A stretch of DNA of 64,000 nucleotides, taken from positions 12,650 to 76,649 of the forward strand of contig MHBE01000035.1 of assembly GCA_001803205.1 (NCBI GenBank), read 5' to 3'. Both the position numbers and the translations under genes were made by a program. This DNA comes from Lentisphaerae bacterium GWF2_38_69. Its GTDB lineage: Bacteria; Verrucomicrobiota; Lentisphaeria; Victivallales; GWF2-38-69. Below the pieces are notes generated by a model. That model saw only the letters and a program-made list of their open reading frames with translations. It was not told the DNA's origin and did no database searches. Shown here piece after piece: positions 29,515-40,648 of the stretch (its first letter is position 1; every line of letters starts with the position of its first letter).

Positions 29515-31047
29515 TTAAAGATTATTGATCCTGGCGATCATTTTTAAAGCATAAATATCACTTTGCTTTGCGACTAAAGCCTGTTTATAAAACTGCAAAG
29601 CTTTCGTATAGTCTTTTGCTTTGTAAGCATTATCAGCCGTGTCAATAGCGGCTTTATAATCATTTTCTGTCTTGACAGCAGACTCCATAAAGGACTTGGC
29701 TTTATCCATCTGGCTTGTGGCATATTTATCATCGGGAATATAAGAAAGAGATTCATTGTATTTTTTGTAAGCTTTTACCAGATCACCAGCAGAATAAAGT
29801 TTATCTGCTTCTCTGATACAATCGTCATATCTCTTTTGAGCAGCAGCGCTCAGGTTATTAAGTTCAATCTCTTTCTTTAGCAGTTTGCGCTGTTCCTGAA
29901 TTGCTTTCCCTATATCACCTAACTCCATTTGTTTCTGCTTCCTAAGTTCATTCTGTTTCTCTCTTGTTCTTACTTTCAGAGCTTTTTCTACAGGCAGGTT
30001 TTCCCAAAGAATCACAAGAAGAGAAGGATAGTCTTTCGCTGCATGAATTTTCATCTGTTCCGCAAGTATTTTTTTCTCCGAAAAAGAAAGAGTTTTTCTT
30101 GACCTGTTAATATTTTTTATTCCGCTCAGATATAAATATTTTTTAATGCCTGCTATCAGATTTTCATCAGACATGCCTTTGACCCTGTCATTTACTAGCT
30201 GAACCATTTTTGTATCAACCGAAGCTCCTTTTATACACTTCCAGTAAGGAACGGAAAAATATCTGCCCAGTAATTCCACAATGCCGAGATCCAAAAGGTA
30301 TTTAACAGCAGAACAGACACCTTCACGATTATTTGCCACAGAATAAAAAGACGCGTTATAGTCCATATCAAAAGAATGAATATCCCACCCTTCTCCATCC
30401 TCATGAGGAGTAATGTAGTCAGAAACAAATACTCCGGGAAAAAAGGAGTTAGTTTTATAATCCTTCAAATTCAGCTCAAGAGTAATTTCTGATTGTTCCC
30501 CGGTACTTAAAGATGAAGAGTCCTTAGTACTTCCAGCAAGTCTAAATACTTTGGAAGTAGACTGATTATCTATTCTTTTGAGTTGATTTTCTAAACCTGA
30601 AAAACCGCCTGATATAATTACATCGGGGTAAGTTTTTCTCTCTATATCTCCTGAGGCGTTTTCATTTATACTATTCTGAGGATATGCAGGGATTAGAGTA
30701 ATTGTATGGTCAAACTTCTTCACAGCATTTGAAATCAATATGCTGACATTATTCTGTATTACTTTGTCAGTTAAGGTATCTCCTGTATTCTGGATTTGAA
30801 TCGAAAGCGGAGCAACATCGTATGCTTCAAGCATTTTTCCAAATGAAAAAAGCGCATGATTCATATCTGCTTCAAAGTCAAGTTCTGACAGTTTGTCCTT
30901 TCTACCTTCACCTCTCAGATTATCTGAACTGTTTTCAGTTGTTCCGCAACTGCTCAATAACAGGGGCAGAAAAAGCATCAAAATCAAAATTAAAAATGAT
31001 TTTAAAGAAGCTGTATCAGTGCCTATTAGCATCTTTCTTTTTTTCAT
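29515..31047 (-). CDS. Putative lipoprotein with CsgG-like domain and C-terminal TPR
   Basis: Lipobox LLSSC; IISGGFSG; LGIVELLGRYFSVPYWKC; TPR-like helices. Confidence 0.6.
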   Translation of the reverse strand: MKKRKMLIGTDTASLKSFLILILMLFLPLLLSSCGTTENSSDNLRGEGRKDKLSELDFEADMNHALFSFGKMLEAYDVAPLSIQIQNTGDTLTDKVIQNNVSILISNAVKKFDHTITLIPAYPQNSINENASGDIERKTYPDVIISGGFSGLENQLKRIDNQSTSKVFRLAGSTKDSSSLSTGEQSEITLELNLKDYKTNSFFPGVFVSDYITPHEDGEGWDIHSFDMDYNASFYSVANNREGVCSAVKYLLDLGIVELLGRYFSVPYWKCIKGASVDTKMVQLVNDRVKGMSDENLIAGIKKYLYLSGIKNINRSRKTLSFSEKKILAEQMKIHAAKDYPSLLVILWENLPVEKALKVRTREKQNELRKQKQMELGDIGKAIQEQRKLLKKEIELNNLSAAAQKRYDDCIREADKLYSAGDLVKAYKKYNESLSYIPDDKYATSQMDKAKSFMESAVKTENDYKAAIDTADNAYKAKDYTKALQFYKQALVAKQSDIYALKMIARINNL

Positions 31048-31063
31048 TTATGCTTCCCAAAAG

Positions 31064-31086
31064 AAAAAAGAGGGCCGATGCCCTCT
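31064..31086 (-). terminator. Intrinsic terminator
   Basis: AGAGGGC/GCCCTCT hairpin with adjacent A tract downstream of the minus-strand transporter. Confidence 0.65.
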
Positions 31087-31111
31087 ATTCTAATAAAATA
31101 TAAAATTGTTT

Positions 31112-32524
31112 TTAGTGAGTGGTAACTCTCTTTCCTATATCTTTGAGTTTCATACCGTTCTTGAGGTTCATTTCTATTTCTTCCAGAGGCACATCCTTGG
31201 TCTCAGGAGTAAAGAACTTCATTAGGAATACCCCCAGAACACAGCAGAAACCGAAGAGCCAGAAGGTTCCGTCAATTCCGAGGCTGACAAACCAAATCGG
31301 AGTGAATGTTCCTATAATAGTATTCATTACCCAGTTAGCTGTAGTGGAAATTGTTATACCGAAATCCCTGCCTTCGAGAGGCTGGATTTCAGAACAGAGG
31401 ATCCAAACGACTGGCCCTAGAGATACTGCAAACCCGAATATAAAGAGCAGACAGAATACAAGAAGGACAATCTTATTGGCTGAAGTAAGTACATGTCCGA
31501 GTTCCTTCAGATGGAATATGTAGCCTGCAATAGCACAAGAGACTATAAGTATGGCCAGACCTCCATACATAAGAGGCTTTCTGCCTAGTTTGTCAACATA
31601 TTTGATGGCTAAGAGGGTGGTAAGCATGTTAACAAGACCAACAATTACAGTAGCTACTGAAGGATTTGTAAAACCGGCTTCTCTGAAAATATCACCCGAG
31701 TAATACATAAAGGCATTCATACCTGTAAACTGCTGGAGAGTCTGCAGCATAAAGCCAAGAAATACGACTTTAAGGAAAAAAGGCTTCTTGAGCAGTTCAA
31801 AAATACCACCTGTAGATCCATCAATAGATGTCCTGATTTCGTTATATTCGAAATCTACTTCTTCTTTAGTATTTCTGACTTTCGTTAAAACCTTTTTTGA
31901 CTCTTCATCTCTACCGACAAGAACAAACCATCTCGGACTTTCCGGAAGAGTTAATGCTCCGATAAGCATTATTGCAGAAGGAATTACCAATACCAGCATC
32001 ATAAGCTTCCATGATTCAGTAAACTCAAGTGCAGCATTGGAAAGGAACATGAGAAAGATCCCAATTGTTATCATCAACTGATACATGGCAATCAAACCGC
32101 CTCTCATCTTGTAAGGAGCAATTTCAGCTAGATAGAGAGGTGCTACGAAAGAGGCAATACCTATAGCTAATCCAAGGATAAATCTTACACCAAGGAAAAA
32201 GTGGTAGTTCGGAGAAAGAACGCACACGACAGTGAAAACAGTGAACATAAGCGCAGCAAGAACCAAACATTTCTTCCTGCCGAATTTTCTAGTAAGAAAA
32301 CCACTGAACAGAGCTCCTACAGCACAACCGGCAAGAAGAAATCCTGCCACATATCCTTCATGTGACGGAAGAACATTAAAATCCTTTACTATAAACTGCA
32401 GAGAACCATTGACATAGGCTATATCCAAACCGAACAGCAGCCCTGCCAGTGCAGCAATTATAGATGTTTTTATTACGACTGAATTCCCTTTTTTTTCAGG
32501 GTCAGCAGAACAGCAGCAACCCAT
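31112..32524 (-). CDS. Sugar porter family MFS transporter (GalP/AraE-like)
   Basis: GLLFGLD, PLYLAEIAP, PESPRW, QQFTGMNAFMYY, PETK; AAGGAG RBS before ATG 32524 (MGCCCS). Confidence 0.92.
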   Translation of the reverse strand: MGCCCSADPEKKGNSVVIKTSIIAALAGLLFGLDIAYVNGSLQFIVKDFNVLPSHEGYVAGFLLAGCAVGALFSGFLTRKFGRKKCLVLAALMFTVFTVVCVLSPNYHFFLGVRFILGLAIGIASFVAPLYLAEIAPYKMRGGLIAMYQLMITIGIFLMFLSNAALEFTESWKLMMLVLVIPSAIMLIGALTLPESPRWFVLVGRDEESKKVLTKVRNTKEEVDFEYNEIRTSIDGSTGGIFELLKKPFFLKVVFLGFMLQTLQQFTGMNAFMYYSGDIFREAGFTNPSVATVIVGLVNMLTTLLAIKYVDKLGRKPLMYGGLAILIVSCAIAGYIFHLKELGHVLTSANKIVLLVFCLLFIFGFAVSLGPVVWILCSEIQPLEGRDFGITISTTANWVMNTIIGTFTPIWFVSLGIDGTFWLFGFCCVLGVFLMKFFTPETKDVPLEEIEMNLKNGMKLKDIGKRVTTH

Positions 32525-32728
32525 ACTCTTTCTCCTTTCTTGATTTATATAAATTTTATACACGGCATTATAGATTCTATGATATTTTTCAAATCTTATC
32601 AATATGAAAAAATTTAAAACAGGCTTATTCCTTCTTTGTTTATCATTCCTTTCTTCAGCAGTAAGAATAATCCTCTTGCATTCTATGACATATTCATGAT
32701 TCTATCTATTCATAATGTAGTTAACATG

Positions 32729-33799
32729 TCATTCTGCAGAATCAAATAAATAGGGATTTTTAACTATTATACAGTCTGTTATATCCCTCGTTATGCCATG
32801 AGTAACTAATTTTCCATCTATCATGCTGTTATAATTCCATGCCATAAATCTTCGTATTCCTTTGCCCTTCACTTTGAACCTATATGCATAGACACTGCAG
32901 TTATTCTGATTCCCCAGCTGTTTATGAATCAGTTCCAAGTCTTTCTTATTCATTCCTTTATTCCACTTATTATAATCCTTCATTAATTCATCATTTGGAA
33001 TTCCAAACATAGATTCAAAATTAGAGCTAAGATGATAATAATGTATTTTGCCATCTTCGGCTTTTCCTCCGTACCATGTGCAGCAGTCATCCATATTGTC
33101 TATATACTTCTGCAATTGACTTTGCGATTGTATGACTTTTATTTCGTCTCTAAGCATTTTGCTATCTGTAGTAAAATTGACAATTTCAAGCAAGCAATAT
33201 TTATTCACGCCTTGGATCATAAGAGAGGTATAAACCTTTTTATTTTCACCGTTAATATTTTTAATTTGTACATCGGGAAGACCAGTTTCAAAGACGGCCT
33301 TTATTTGAGGAATTAGAGCGTTTGCTAGTTTTAAGGGAAAAGCATTAGACACTTTTAACCCGTTAATTTTTTCTTTTGAGTTTAAAAGTTTAAGAATTTT
33401 ATCACTGTAATGCTCTATCTTGTATTTATCATTTATGAGAATGACTGTATTTATAAGCCTGTTAAAAAATAAACTAAAATTTATCTCTTTTATAACATCT
33501 GCATTTTGCGGTATATGTACATCTTTCAGACTATGTATATACTCAATAAGTTCCAGCTTGCTCAATGAATAATACTTAGAATCTTCTTTTCTTATATATT
33601 TCGGCAAGTCTGTAAAACTGGAAACAGGTACCTCTAGAACTATAGCGAGATGAACGGCTTGCGATTTTGAAGGCACTTTTCTGCCTGTTGCTATATTACT
33701 CATGTACTGAGGAGATATTTCCAAACTGTTTGCAAGCTCTGTTAAAGATTTGCCTTTGTTCTTTTGTAATTCCTTAAATTTCTCATGATAAAACTTCAT
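32729..33799 (-). CDS. XRE-family HTH regulator with PAS-like domains
   Basis: ELANSLEISPQYMSNIATGRKVP HTH; C-terminal GITRDITD PAC-like end. Confidence 0.75.
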   Translation of the reverse strand: MKFYHEKFKELQKNKGKSLTELANSLEISPQYMSNIATGRKVPSKSQAVHLAIVLEVPVSSFTDLPKYIRKEDSKYYSLSKLELIEYIHSLKDVHIPQNADVIKEINFSLFFNRLINTVILINDKYKIEHYSDKILKLLNSKEKINGLKVSNAFPLKLANALIPQIKAVFETGLPDVQIKNINGENKKVYTSLMIQGVNKYCLLEIVNFTTDSKMLRDEIKVIQSQSQLQKYIDNMDDCCTWYGGKAEDGKIHYYHLSSNFESMFGIPNDELMKDYNKWNKGMNKKDLELIHKQLGNQNNCSVYAYRFKVKGKGIRRFMAWNYNSMIDGKLVTHGITRDITDCIIVKNPYLFDSAE

Positions 33800-34020
33800 T
33801 ATTTTATCCCTTGTCTTAAAAATATATGAAATATAGAATTTATTATATTATAGCATAATAAAACCCGACTAATAGCTGATATTTCTTTTGTGTTTATGGT
33901 ATTTTGGAATCACTTTTTAATAAACATAAACCTAATTCTGCAATTAGCTTACCTCTTGTATATATACAAAGGAAAAATTCAGAAGGGAATCTGCAAAGAA
34001 TTAAATCCGGAGAATAGGGA

Positions 34021-35164
34021 AGAAATTTTATAATATGGAAGTTACCAGGAGTAAAATTTTCCAATGAACTTGAACTTCCTTTTTGGCATTGGTGCCCACC
34101 AGATAATTTCAATAATTGGAATGAATTCAGCAATGAGCTCTTTGCTTTTGTAGATACCTGCGCCGGAGACCTTGACCCCTCGGCAATTGTTGATAACGGC
34201 TCCAAAGCTACTGGCACCTTTCCTTCTGAAAATACACACAATACTAATGAACAAACAATGACCGAAGGTGCTACATCTATTATTGGAAGACAGGGGAGAA
34301 ATGTTAATGAAATCTTCTTAAGCTCTGTTTATGAAACAATCACCAGTGACGGCAACTGGTACAAATCCAACTATATTGACATGATAAGCGCTATAGGAAG
34401 CGCTGCTTCTAAACCAAAACTGCCAAAAGGAACAAAATGGGTAAGTGTCGATGAAATATGCAACGCTCTTGGGATTACCGATTCTGCAACCAAAAATAAA
34501 TAGAGGGGAACCATGGAGAACAATAAATCTTAAAAAATACAATGATTCAGAAGGAACCGGCACGAATGCAGGAGGAAATGCTTATTCTGACGGCGATGCC
34601 AATATTCTCGATCAGATTACCATGAGCGATGATGAGTCTACATATGGCAAAATCAACCTCAACAATCAGAACGATTATACTCTCAGAGCACTCTTTGAAA
34701 GGATAAGAATAGGTAGTAAAATTAGTGACCCTGGTTCCATTGGATCCACAACTCTTATTAACAATGCTCAGGCAGTAGCATTTTCGCAAGCGATAAGAAA
34801 TTATACCAAAGATCCCGATCATATTCTGAGGACAAGAGCCGAACTTCTGAAAGTCAGCACTATAGCCGACGCATTAACGACTATGAGCACGCAAACTAAT
34901 GACAGGAAAAAAGAAGAGATAATCGGAAAATTCATCAACCTCTCAACGGTCGCTGAAAATTCAATTGAAGCTCAAAACACATTTTACATCATAGCATTAG
35001 GTGAAAGTCTCAGGGACAATGCTTTAAATGGAAATAGTTTTCAAGATTTCGATGAAAGCAAAGGCGACGAAGTACTGGCGAGCCAGATGCTTTTTGCAAG
35101 AGTCAACAAGGCTTCGGATGGAGATACAATGAGGATTTTAGATATTCATTATGCCAGCGAATAA
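34021..35164 (+). pseudogene. Degraded 3' remnant of a large secretion/pilus-associated (GspK/PilX-like) gene
   Basis: Consecutive frames broken by stops near 34245 and 34503; intact C-terminal part with GKINLN and EEIIGKF..FYIIALG; no credible start. Confidence 0.5.
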
Positions 35165-35228
35165 AAGCATCTCATATCAGCTCAGCCACCGGCGGAGTTT
35201 GAAATTTCCTTGGGAAACTTTTTGAATG

Positions 35229-35320
35229 TTCAATATCCAACAAGGAATATCCAAATAACGAAGTATATGCATTTCTCATTGTATTTTCGTTGAGAGTTGG
35301 GCATTCCTTGTTGAGTGTTA
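35229..35320. repeat. Inverted repeat with ~7-nt periodic arms
   Basis: CAACAAGGAATATCCAA / TTGGGCATTCCTTGTTG arms between convergent genes. Confidence 0.6.
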
Positions 35321-35336
35321 GTTCTTCAGTTTCATA

Positions 35337-35663
35337 CTAGGAAGATCTTCCTTCCAGTTCATCTATTCTCTTTAGCAGGTCGAGGACTACGCCCATGGAA
35401 TTCCAGCCGATGCCAAGATCATAATGAAGACGGGCAATCTTTTTTATTTCAGGGACTCTTTCTACATGAATCAGAGGTTCGGGAGAAAAAGTCATAATTT
35501 CAATGAGTTCATGAGAAACCAGCCTTTTAAGAATAATTGGTTTTAATCCCGTGGCATATGCTGCCTGTTCGATGGTTAAATGATCTCCGAAATGGCGGCG
35601 GTATTCAGATATTTGAAATGAAAAGCTGTATTTATCCATAATGTTTTTATTAGGTTTATTCAT
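35337..35663 (-). CDS. cbpM: Chaperone modulator CbpM-like protein
   Basis: IARLHYDLGIGWNSMGVVLDLLKRIDELE motif; directly downstream of cbpA; exact start uncertain. Confidence 0.8.
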   Translation of the reverse strand: MNKPNKNIMDKYSFSFQISEYRRHFGDHLTIEQAAYATGLKPIILKRLVSHELIEIMTFSPEPLIHVERVPEIKKIARLHYDLGIGWNSMGVVLDLLKRIDELEGRSS

Positions 35664-35670
35664 AAGAATT

Positions 35671-36654
35671 TCAAGAAGGTTTGAAAGTTGATATTTTTGA
35701 CAGTTCTTCATATAGTTTCTCTTCCTGAGGAGTCAGCGTCTCAGGATTAACTATTCTTACAACCAGATGCATATCGCCATATTCCTTATCTTTGCCTCTG
35801 GGGAGACCTTTTCCTTTAAGCCTTATATGCTGTCCTGACTGAATCCCCTTATCAACTCGTATTGAAGTCCTTCCCGACAGCGTCTTTACAGATATTACAC
35901 CGCCCAAAGCAGCTTCCCATGGGGAAAGTTTCAAATCAGCTTCAAGATTATAACCGTAAACTTTAAATTCAGAATGCTTTCTTAAATGAATTCTTAGATA
36001 GAGATCTCCAGGTTCCCCACCATTTATTCCCTGGTCTCCCTTGCCTTTTAGCCTTATCTTGGATCCTTCAGTAACGCCGGGAGGGATTCTCGCATTAAAT
36101 TTGCTCTCTATCGGCTGGATTCTGCGATCATGCCCCATCCCCATAACCTGATAGGTTATTGTCGCCTCTGTTCCGGAGAAAGCCTCCTCAAGGGAAATTT
36201 CAATATCTGCGTCATGATCCTGACCGTCAATTGGATAATTTCCTCTTTCTCTTCCGGAATGAAAAGATCCGGATCTCCCTGCCGCCTTTCCAAACAAGCT
36301 TTCAAAGAAATCACTGAAACCTTCAGAACCCCCAAAATCGTGATACGAATAAGTATGTGAACCAGGCCCTCTGCTATATTCGTATTGGAAGTTTTCAGCT
36401 CCCGGCGGCGGCTGAAAATCCTGTCCGCTTCTATAGTTTTGCCCCAGCTGGTTATAGCGCTTCCTCTTTTCTGGATCGCTCAACACTTCATACGCTTCGC
36501 TTATTTCCTTGAATTTATCTTCAGCGCCTGTCCCCTTGTTTATATCCGGATGGTGCTGCCTTGCCAGCTTCCTGTAAGCTTTCTTTATTTCTTCAGGAGA
36601 AGCACTTTTGTTAACTCCCAGAGAGGCGTAATAGTCTTTGTATTTTACACTCAT
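35671..36654 (-). CDS. cbpA: Curved DNA-binding DnaJ-class chaperone
   Basis: J domain with [14 protein letters not shown]-terminal DnaJ domain, no zinc finger. Confidence 0.9.
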   Translation of the reverse strand: MSVKYKDYYASLGVNKSASPEEIKKAYRKLARQHHPDINKGTGAEDKFKEISEAYEVLSDPEKRKRYNQLGQNYRSGQDFQPPPGAENFQYEYSRGPGSHTYSYHDFGGSEGFSDFFESLFGKAAGRSGSFHSGRERGNYPIDGQDHDADIEISLEEAFSGTEATITYQVMGMGHDRRIQPIESKFNARIPPGVTEGSKIRLKGKGDQGINGGEPGDLYLRIHLRKHSEFKVYGYNLEADLKLSPWEAALGGVISVKTLSGRTSIRVDKGIQSGQHIRLKGKGLPRGKDKEYGDMHLVVRIVNPETLTPQEEKLYEELSKISTFKPS

Positions 36655-36930
36655 AATTGCATCTATATTTCAATATTCCTTCGCAACTCCCATTCAGGAG
36701 GGCTTTTAGTTCTTATTTGATTCAATTTCCACGAGCTCACGCCCACGGCTTAAGATTTTATTCTTTTCATAGAACATTTTCAAGTCCTGCCCCCTAAAGA
36801 AATTATTATTGATTGAGCTTCAAAAAAAATTGAATATAACTTGTTGACATTTTATATGTTTCCTTTATTCTAGATGATAGCCAAGTTAAATTGTTTATAT
36901 CTTATAAACCAAGACAGGAGATATTGAAAA

Positions 36931-37458
36931 ATGAAGAGGATTCTTACCTTAGTATTCTTGATGTTTATTAGTTTGGCGCTTGCATCACAAGAGAGTGATA
37001 AAGAGGCTTATCTTAAAGACTTGAATGCTTCAAAGGATCATCAATTTAACAAGAATCAGATTAAATCTTTTGCTTTTTACTGGTTTTCTTTACATGACCG
37101 ACATGTGGACATAAACGAATCATATGAGTTTTTAGACAAGAATAATCTTTATATGGTGTTCCCTGAAATAACTGTCAGGAATCTAAAAGATTATAAAGAG
37201 TGGTATGACGGTGTCGGAAAGAACATTAAGAGCAACATCCACTATATTAGCAGAGTAAATGTTAGTTTTGATGGATCTCATAAGTACATTGTCAAAGTTC
37301 TTGTGAACTGGCAGGCGATTGATAAGGATGGCAATTTTTTAGACAAGGATGTTACACAGGAGTGGACGCTGGTAGATCCCTCATCTGATGAAGTAAAACA
37401 TCCTCTTGTTGAAAAGTATATTATTTCGAGTTTTAAGGATAAATTTCAACAAGAATAA
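36931..37458 (+). CDS. Secreted NTF2/SnoaL-like protein
   Basis: Signal peptide; WF..HD, YKEWY..HYI..V.VNWQA pattern. Confidence 0.55.
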   Translation: MKRILTLVFLMFISLALASQESDKEAYLKDLNASKDHQFNKNQIKSFAFYWFSLHDRHVDINESYEFLDKNNLYMVFPEITVRNLKDYKEWYDGVGKNIKSNIHYISRVNVSFDGSHKYIVKVLVNWQAIDKDGNFLDKDVTQEWTLVDPSSDEVKHPLVEKYIISSFKDKFQQE

Positions 37459-37475
37459 AAGTACCTGTCTATAAA

Positions 37476-38810
37476 TTAATTTTCCTTTTCGATATCAACG
37501 GCCTCTCCTATTAGAGCAGCAGCATCTTCTTTTGATAGCTTCTGAACATTCTTGAGCTTCTTTTCTATGGCTCTTGAACGGGTTCCGGCTTTCTCTATTG
37601 TGTTTGCTGCTTCCTGAAGTTTCTTCTGAGTCTTTTCAAGCACTTCACCAAAACGGCCAAACTCTGTTTTTACAGCTCCTAGAACTTCCCATACTTCACT
37701 TGATCTTTTTTCTATGGCAAGAGTTCTGAATCCCATCTGCAGGCTGCTGAGGAATGCCACAAGATTGGTCGGCCCTACAACTGTAACCTTGTATTCTCTC
37801 TGCAGAGTCTCGAAAAGTCCAGGCCTTCTTAGAACTTCAGCATAAAGTCCTTCAGTAGGGACAAACATTATGGCAAAATCGGTAGTTACAGGAGGATTGA
37901 TATATTTTTCTCTTATATCCTTGGCATTCTTTTTTATAGAGTTCTCAAATTGTTTATAAACATTGTCTATCTCTTTCTGGCTCATATTGGCAATATTTTC
38001 ATAAGCGTCAAGAAGCCTCTGGTAATCTTCTGTCGGGAATTTCGAGTCAATAGGCAAGAGAACTGATTTTTCGTCACTATTCTTGTCAGGCAGTCTGATT
38101 ACATATTCAACTCTTTCCTGGCTATCTTTTTTAATTGTCGCATTCTGCTGATACTGTTCAGGGGATAGAATCTGTTCAAGTATTGCTCCGAGCTGAATTT
38201 CTCCCATGGTTCCTCTTGTTTTGACATTTGTCAGAACCTTCTTAAGATCCCCTACCCCTGAAGCAAGGGTTTGCATTTCTCCCAATCCTTTATGTACCTG
38301 TTCCAACCTTTCGCTGATAAGTTTAAAAGATTGATTAAATCTCTTTTCCAGAGATTCCTGGAGTTTTTCATCAACTACCTTGCGCATTTCATCAAGCTTG
38401 AGAGTATTCTCTTCCCTGAGTGTCTGAAGTTTTTTCTCAATAGTCTCTCTGATTTCTTTGAGCCTTTCCTCTGTGTCTTTTTTTATCTGTTCCTGTTTTA
38501 GCAACAGATCATTAAACTTCTGTTTCTGCAGATCATTGAATTCTTTTACATTTTGTGAAAACTTATCTTCAAAGGACTTAAGAGATTTCGTTTGTTCGTC
38601 TCTATTGTCTCTGAAAGCTTTCTGACTTTCCTCCCTGTTCCTCGCGGACTCTTCCCTGAACTGATTATCAGATCTGGAGAGCCAGCCTTCAATTTTGACC
38701 AGATAGTTTTTTAATTCTTCCGAAATATCCTTTCTTCTGCTTAACAAAGTAACGATAATATTTACAACTATTAAGACTCCAATGATTACCACGGCAACTA
38801 GCATTTCCAT
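37476..38810 (-). CDS. rmuC: DNA recombination protein RmuC
   Basis: KTRGTMGE, LPIDSKFP, FAIMFVPTEGLYAE motifs; N-terminal TM and coiled coil. Confidence 0.93.
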   Translation of the reverse strand: MEMLVAVVIIGVLIVVNIIVTLLSRRKDISEELKNYLVKIEGWLSRSDNQFREESARNREESQKAFRDNRDEQTKSLKSFEDKFSQNVKEFNDLQKQKFNDLLLKQEQIKKDTEERLKEIRETIEKKLQTLREENTLKLDEMRKVVDEKLQESLEKRFNQSFKLISERLEQVHKGLGEMQTLASGVGDLKKVLTNVKTRGTMGEIQLGAILEQILSPEQYQQNATIKKDSQERVEYVIRLPDKNSDEKSVLLPIDSKFPTEDYQRLLDAYENIANMSQKEIDNVYKQFENSIKKNAKDIREKYINPPVTTDFAIMFVPTEGLYAEVLRRPGLFETLQREYKVTVVGPTNLVAFLSSLQMGFRTLAIEKRSSEVWEVLGAVKTEFGRFGEVLEKTQKKLQEAANTIEKAGTRSRAIEKKLKNVQKLSKEDAAALIGEAVDIEKEN

Positions 38811-38976
38811 AAAACTTAAACTCCAAACTTTTTATTTTTTATTATCACTCTCTGCTATTTACATAACTTATGGAATTTGGCAAGTAAATTTCTCATTTTT
38901 CTATATAATTTCGAAAACTCTGAGATTAATATCTCTGTACTGAGAGAAATAAACTACTAACTTATTTAATAAAGCT

Positions 38977-39498
38977 ATGCAGAACAAGATCAGACTTATA
39001 AAAGGCGACATAACGGGACTTAAGGTTGACGCAATAGTAAATGCCGCAAACTCTTCTCTTCTGGGCGGCGGAGGAGTAGATGGAGCTATTCATCGTTCAG
39101 GAGGCTCTCAGATACTTGAGGAATGCACACGAATAGGCGGCTGCCCGACTGGGGAAGCCGTTATTACATCAGGAGGAAAGCTTTCTGCTAAATATGTAAT
39201 ACATACAGTAGGGCCGGTTTGGCACGGGGGTAATAGGAATGAACAGCAGCTCCTGGCAAACTGTTACTCAAACAGTTTAAAATTGGCTGCAGGTAAAAGG
39301 ATACACACTATTGCCTTCCCGAATATTAGTACAGGGATTTACAGGTTTCCCAAAGAATTGGCTGCAAAAATAGCATTAGAAACAGTAAATGAATTTCTGT
39401 CTGACAATAACTCAATAAAAGAAATAATTTTTGTCTGCTTTGACGACGAGAATTATAATATCTACAAAAATCTCATTGAGAATTTAGCCTCATACTAG
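38977..39498 (+). CDS. Macrodomain O-acetyl-ADP-ribose deacetylase (YmdB-like)
   Basis: [40 protein letters not shown]. Confidence 0.93.
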   Translation: MQNKIRLIKGDITGLKVDAIVNAANSSLLGGGGVDGAIHRSGGSQILEECTRIGGCPTGEAVITSGGKLSAKYVIHTVGPVWHGGNRNEQQLLANCYSNSLKLAAGKRIHTIAFPNISTGIYRFPKELAAKIALETVNEFLSDNNSIKEIIFVCFDDENYNIYKNLIENLASY

Positions 39499-39632
39499 TA
39501 GCTGTCAAAAAATAATTTCAAAATATTCAGGATTTTCAATTTGCTAATTTTTCGATTGCTGGCATCTTAATAGCTCTTGTTCATTAACGACTGATAGTCA
39601 AATATCAGTAGTAGCAATGGCAGGATCAAAGA

Positions 39633-39645
39633 GTTCTTTGAAAAC
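39633..39645 (+). promoter_or_regulatory. boxA-like antitermination signal
   Basis: GTTCTTTGAAAAC matches the boxA form found in many bacterial rRNA leaders; it lies 2 nt before the candidate RNA's closing stem. Confidence 0.6.
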
Positions 39646-39647
39646 TT

Positions 39648-40648
39648 GAGGATGTCGTGAAAGATACCGGAGCAATCCGGTAAGATCGGAAAGAGCGTCG
39701 AATTGCCCATGGGTAATTCGACAGCTGAAAGGTAATACGGTAGGCTGAGGCTTGTATCGTATTGCAAAGTCCAGGTTCGAACGCTGAAACCCGGTTCACC
39801 GGGGGAAAAGAAAGCAGCCCTTTCGAAAAGGCAGAGCGCCATGCAGCGGAAACGCTGTGATAGCAGAAGGAAGGCCGAGGTCTTCTGAAGCAGGAGCGTT
39901 CAGGACTAAAGACACTCAGCGCTAAAAATATCCAATATAAGCACTGAGATATTCCCTGACAATAGCGGACACGAGCTGTCCCGCGTGAAACCTGAAGGGA
40001 GGTTTCATAATATACGAAGTTGTAAAATTTATGTCATGCGCAGGACAATGGCGCAGCATCAGGGCAGAGGCCTTGAATTATCCCAACTCCAAAAGGTTAT
40101 GCCGAATAGCCTATATGAAAATGCAGAGAAAACTTCATATTTCATATCGAAGTAGCAAAGGCTGCGGAAAGCACCTGAGGGTGTGATAATCGAAAGATTA
40201 TCCGAGATCGGATTAGGTCTGATCTGAGGTATATCGGCTGAAGACGGTCATGGGAATTACCGAAAGAGATATCGTCCGAGAGGACAGTAAAAATTCGAAG
40301 TGTATATGACGAATGCATAAAGCAGCTCAAACAATTTTGACTTGTTTGAGAAAATGAACTAAAATGCCGGTACCCGCCGGAAAACAAGTTCGATGGCCGG
40401 CCAAATGGAAAATGGCACGCCCGGGACTAAGTCCCAAAGAGCATAATGAGGTAGTCATATACGAAGCAGCAATCGCTGTTTGAGATAGAATTAGTTTGAG
40501 ATAACATCGAAAAATTATATCTATCGGGCTGATACTAAGATATGCGCAATTAAACCGCCGCGTAAAACAGTATGAGCTTAAACTCCGATCCAAGAGCAGA
40601 GACTGTTAAATCACAGCTAACTCCCTCCTTGACTTTCACGACATCCTC
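39648..40648 (+). ncRNA. Candidate ~1 kb highly structured non-coding RNA (class unassigned)
   Basis: Perfect 16-bp end-to-end stem; many hairpins with GCAA/GAAA/GAGA loops on the + strand; no + strand ORF of 60 aa or more; more GC-rich than flanks; T8 tract right after the 3' end. Confidence 0.75.

Noticed and set aside
39567-40593. Short minus-strand ORFs (39567-39842, 40142-40387, 40327-40593)
   Set aside because: No recognisable motifs or RBS; better explained as chance ORFs antisense to a structured RNA
39648-40648. Interpretation as rRNA, RNase P RNA, tmRNA or group I/II intron
   Set aside because: No universal 16S/23S motifs, no exact GAGGAAAGTCC P4 strand (only GCAAAGTCC), no tRNA-like ends, no GTGCG start or domain V, and no interrupted host gene; judged by eye, not by covariance model
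39648-40648. Interpretation as an IS or MITE because of the 16-bp terminal inverted repeat
   Set aside because: No transposase remnant or target-site duplication seen; strand-biased GNRA hairpins, boxA and the T tract fit an RNA better, though not fully excluded
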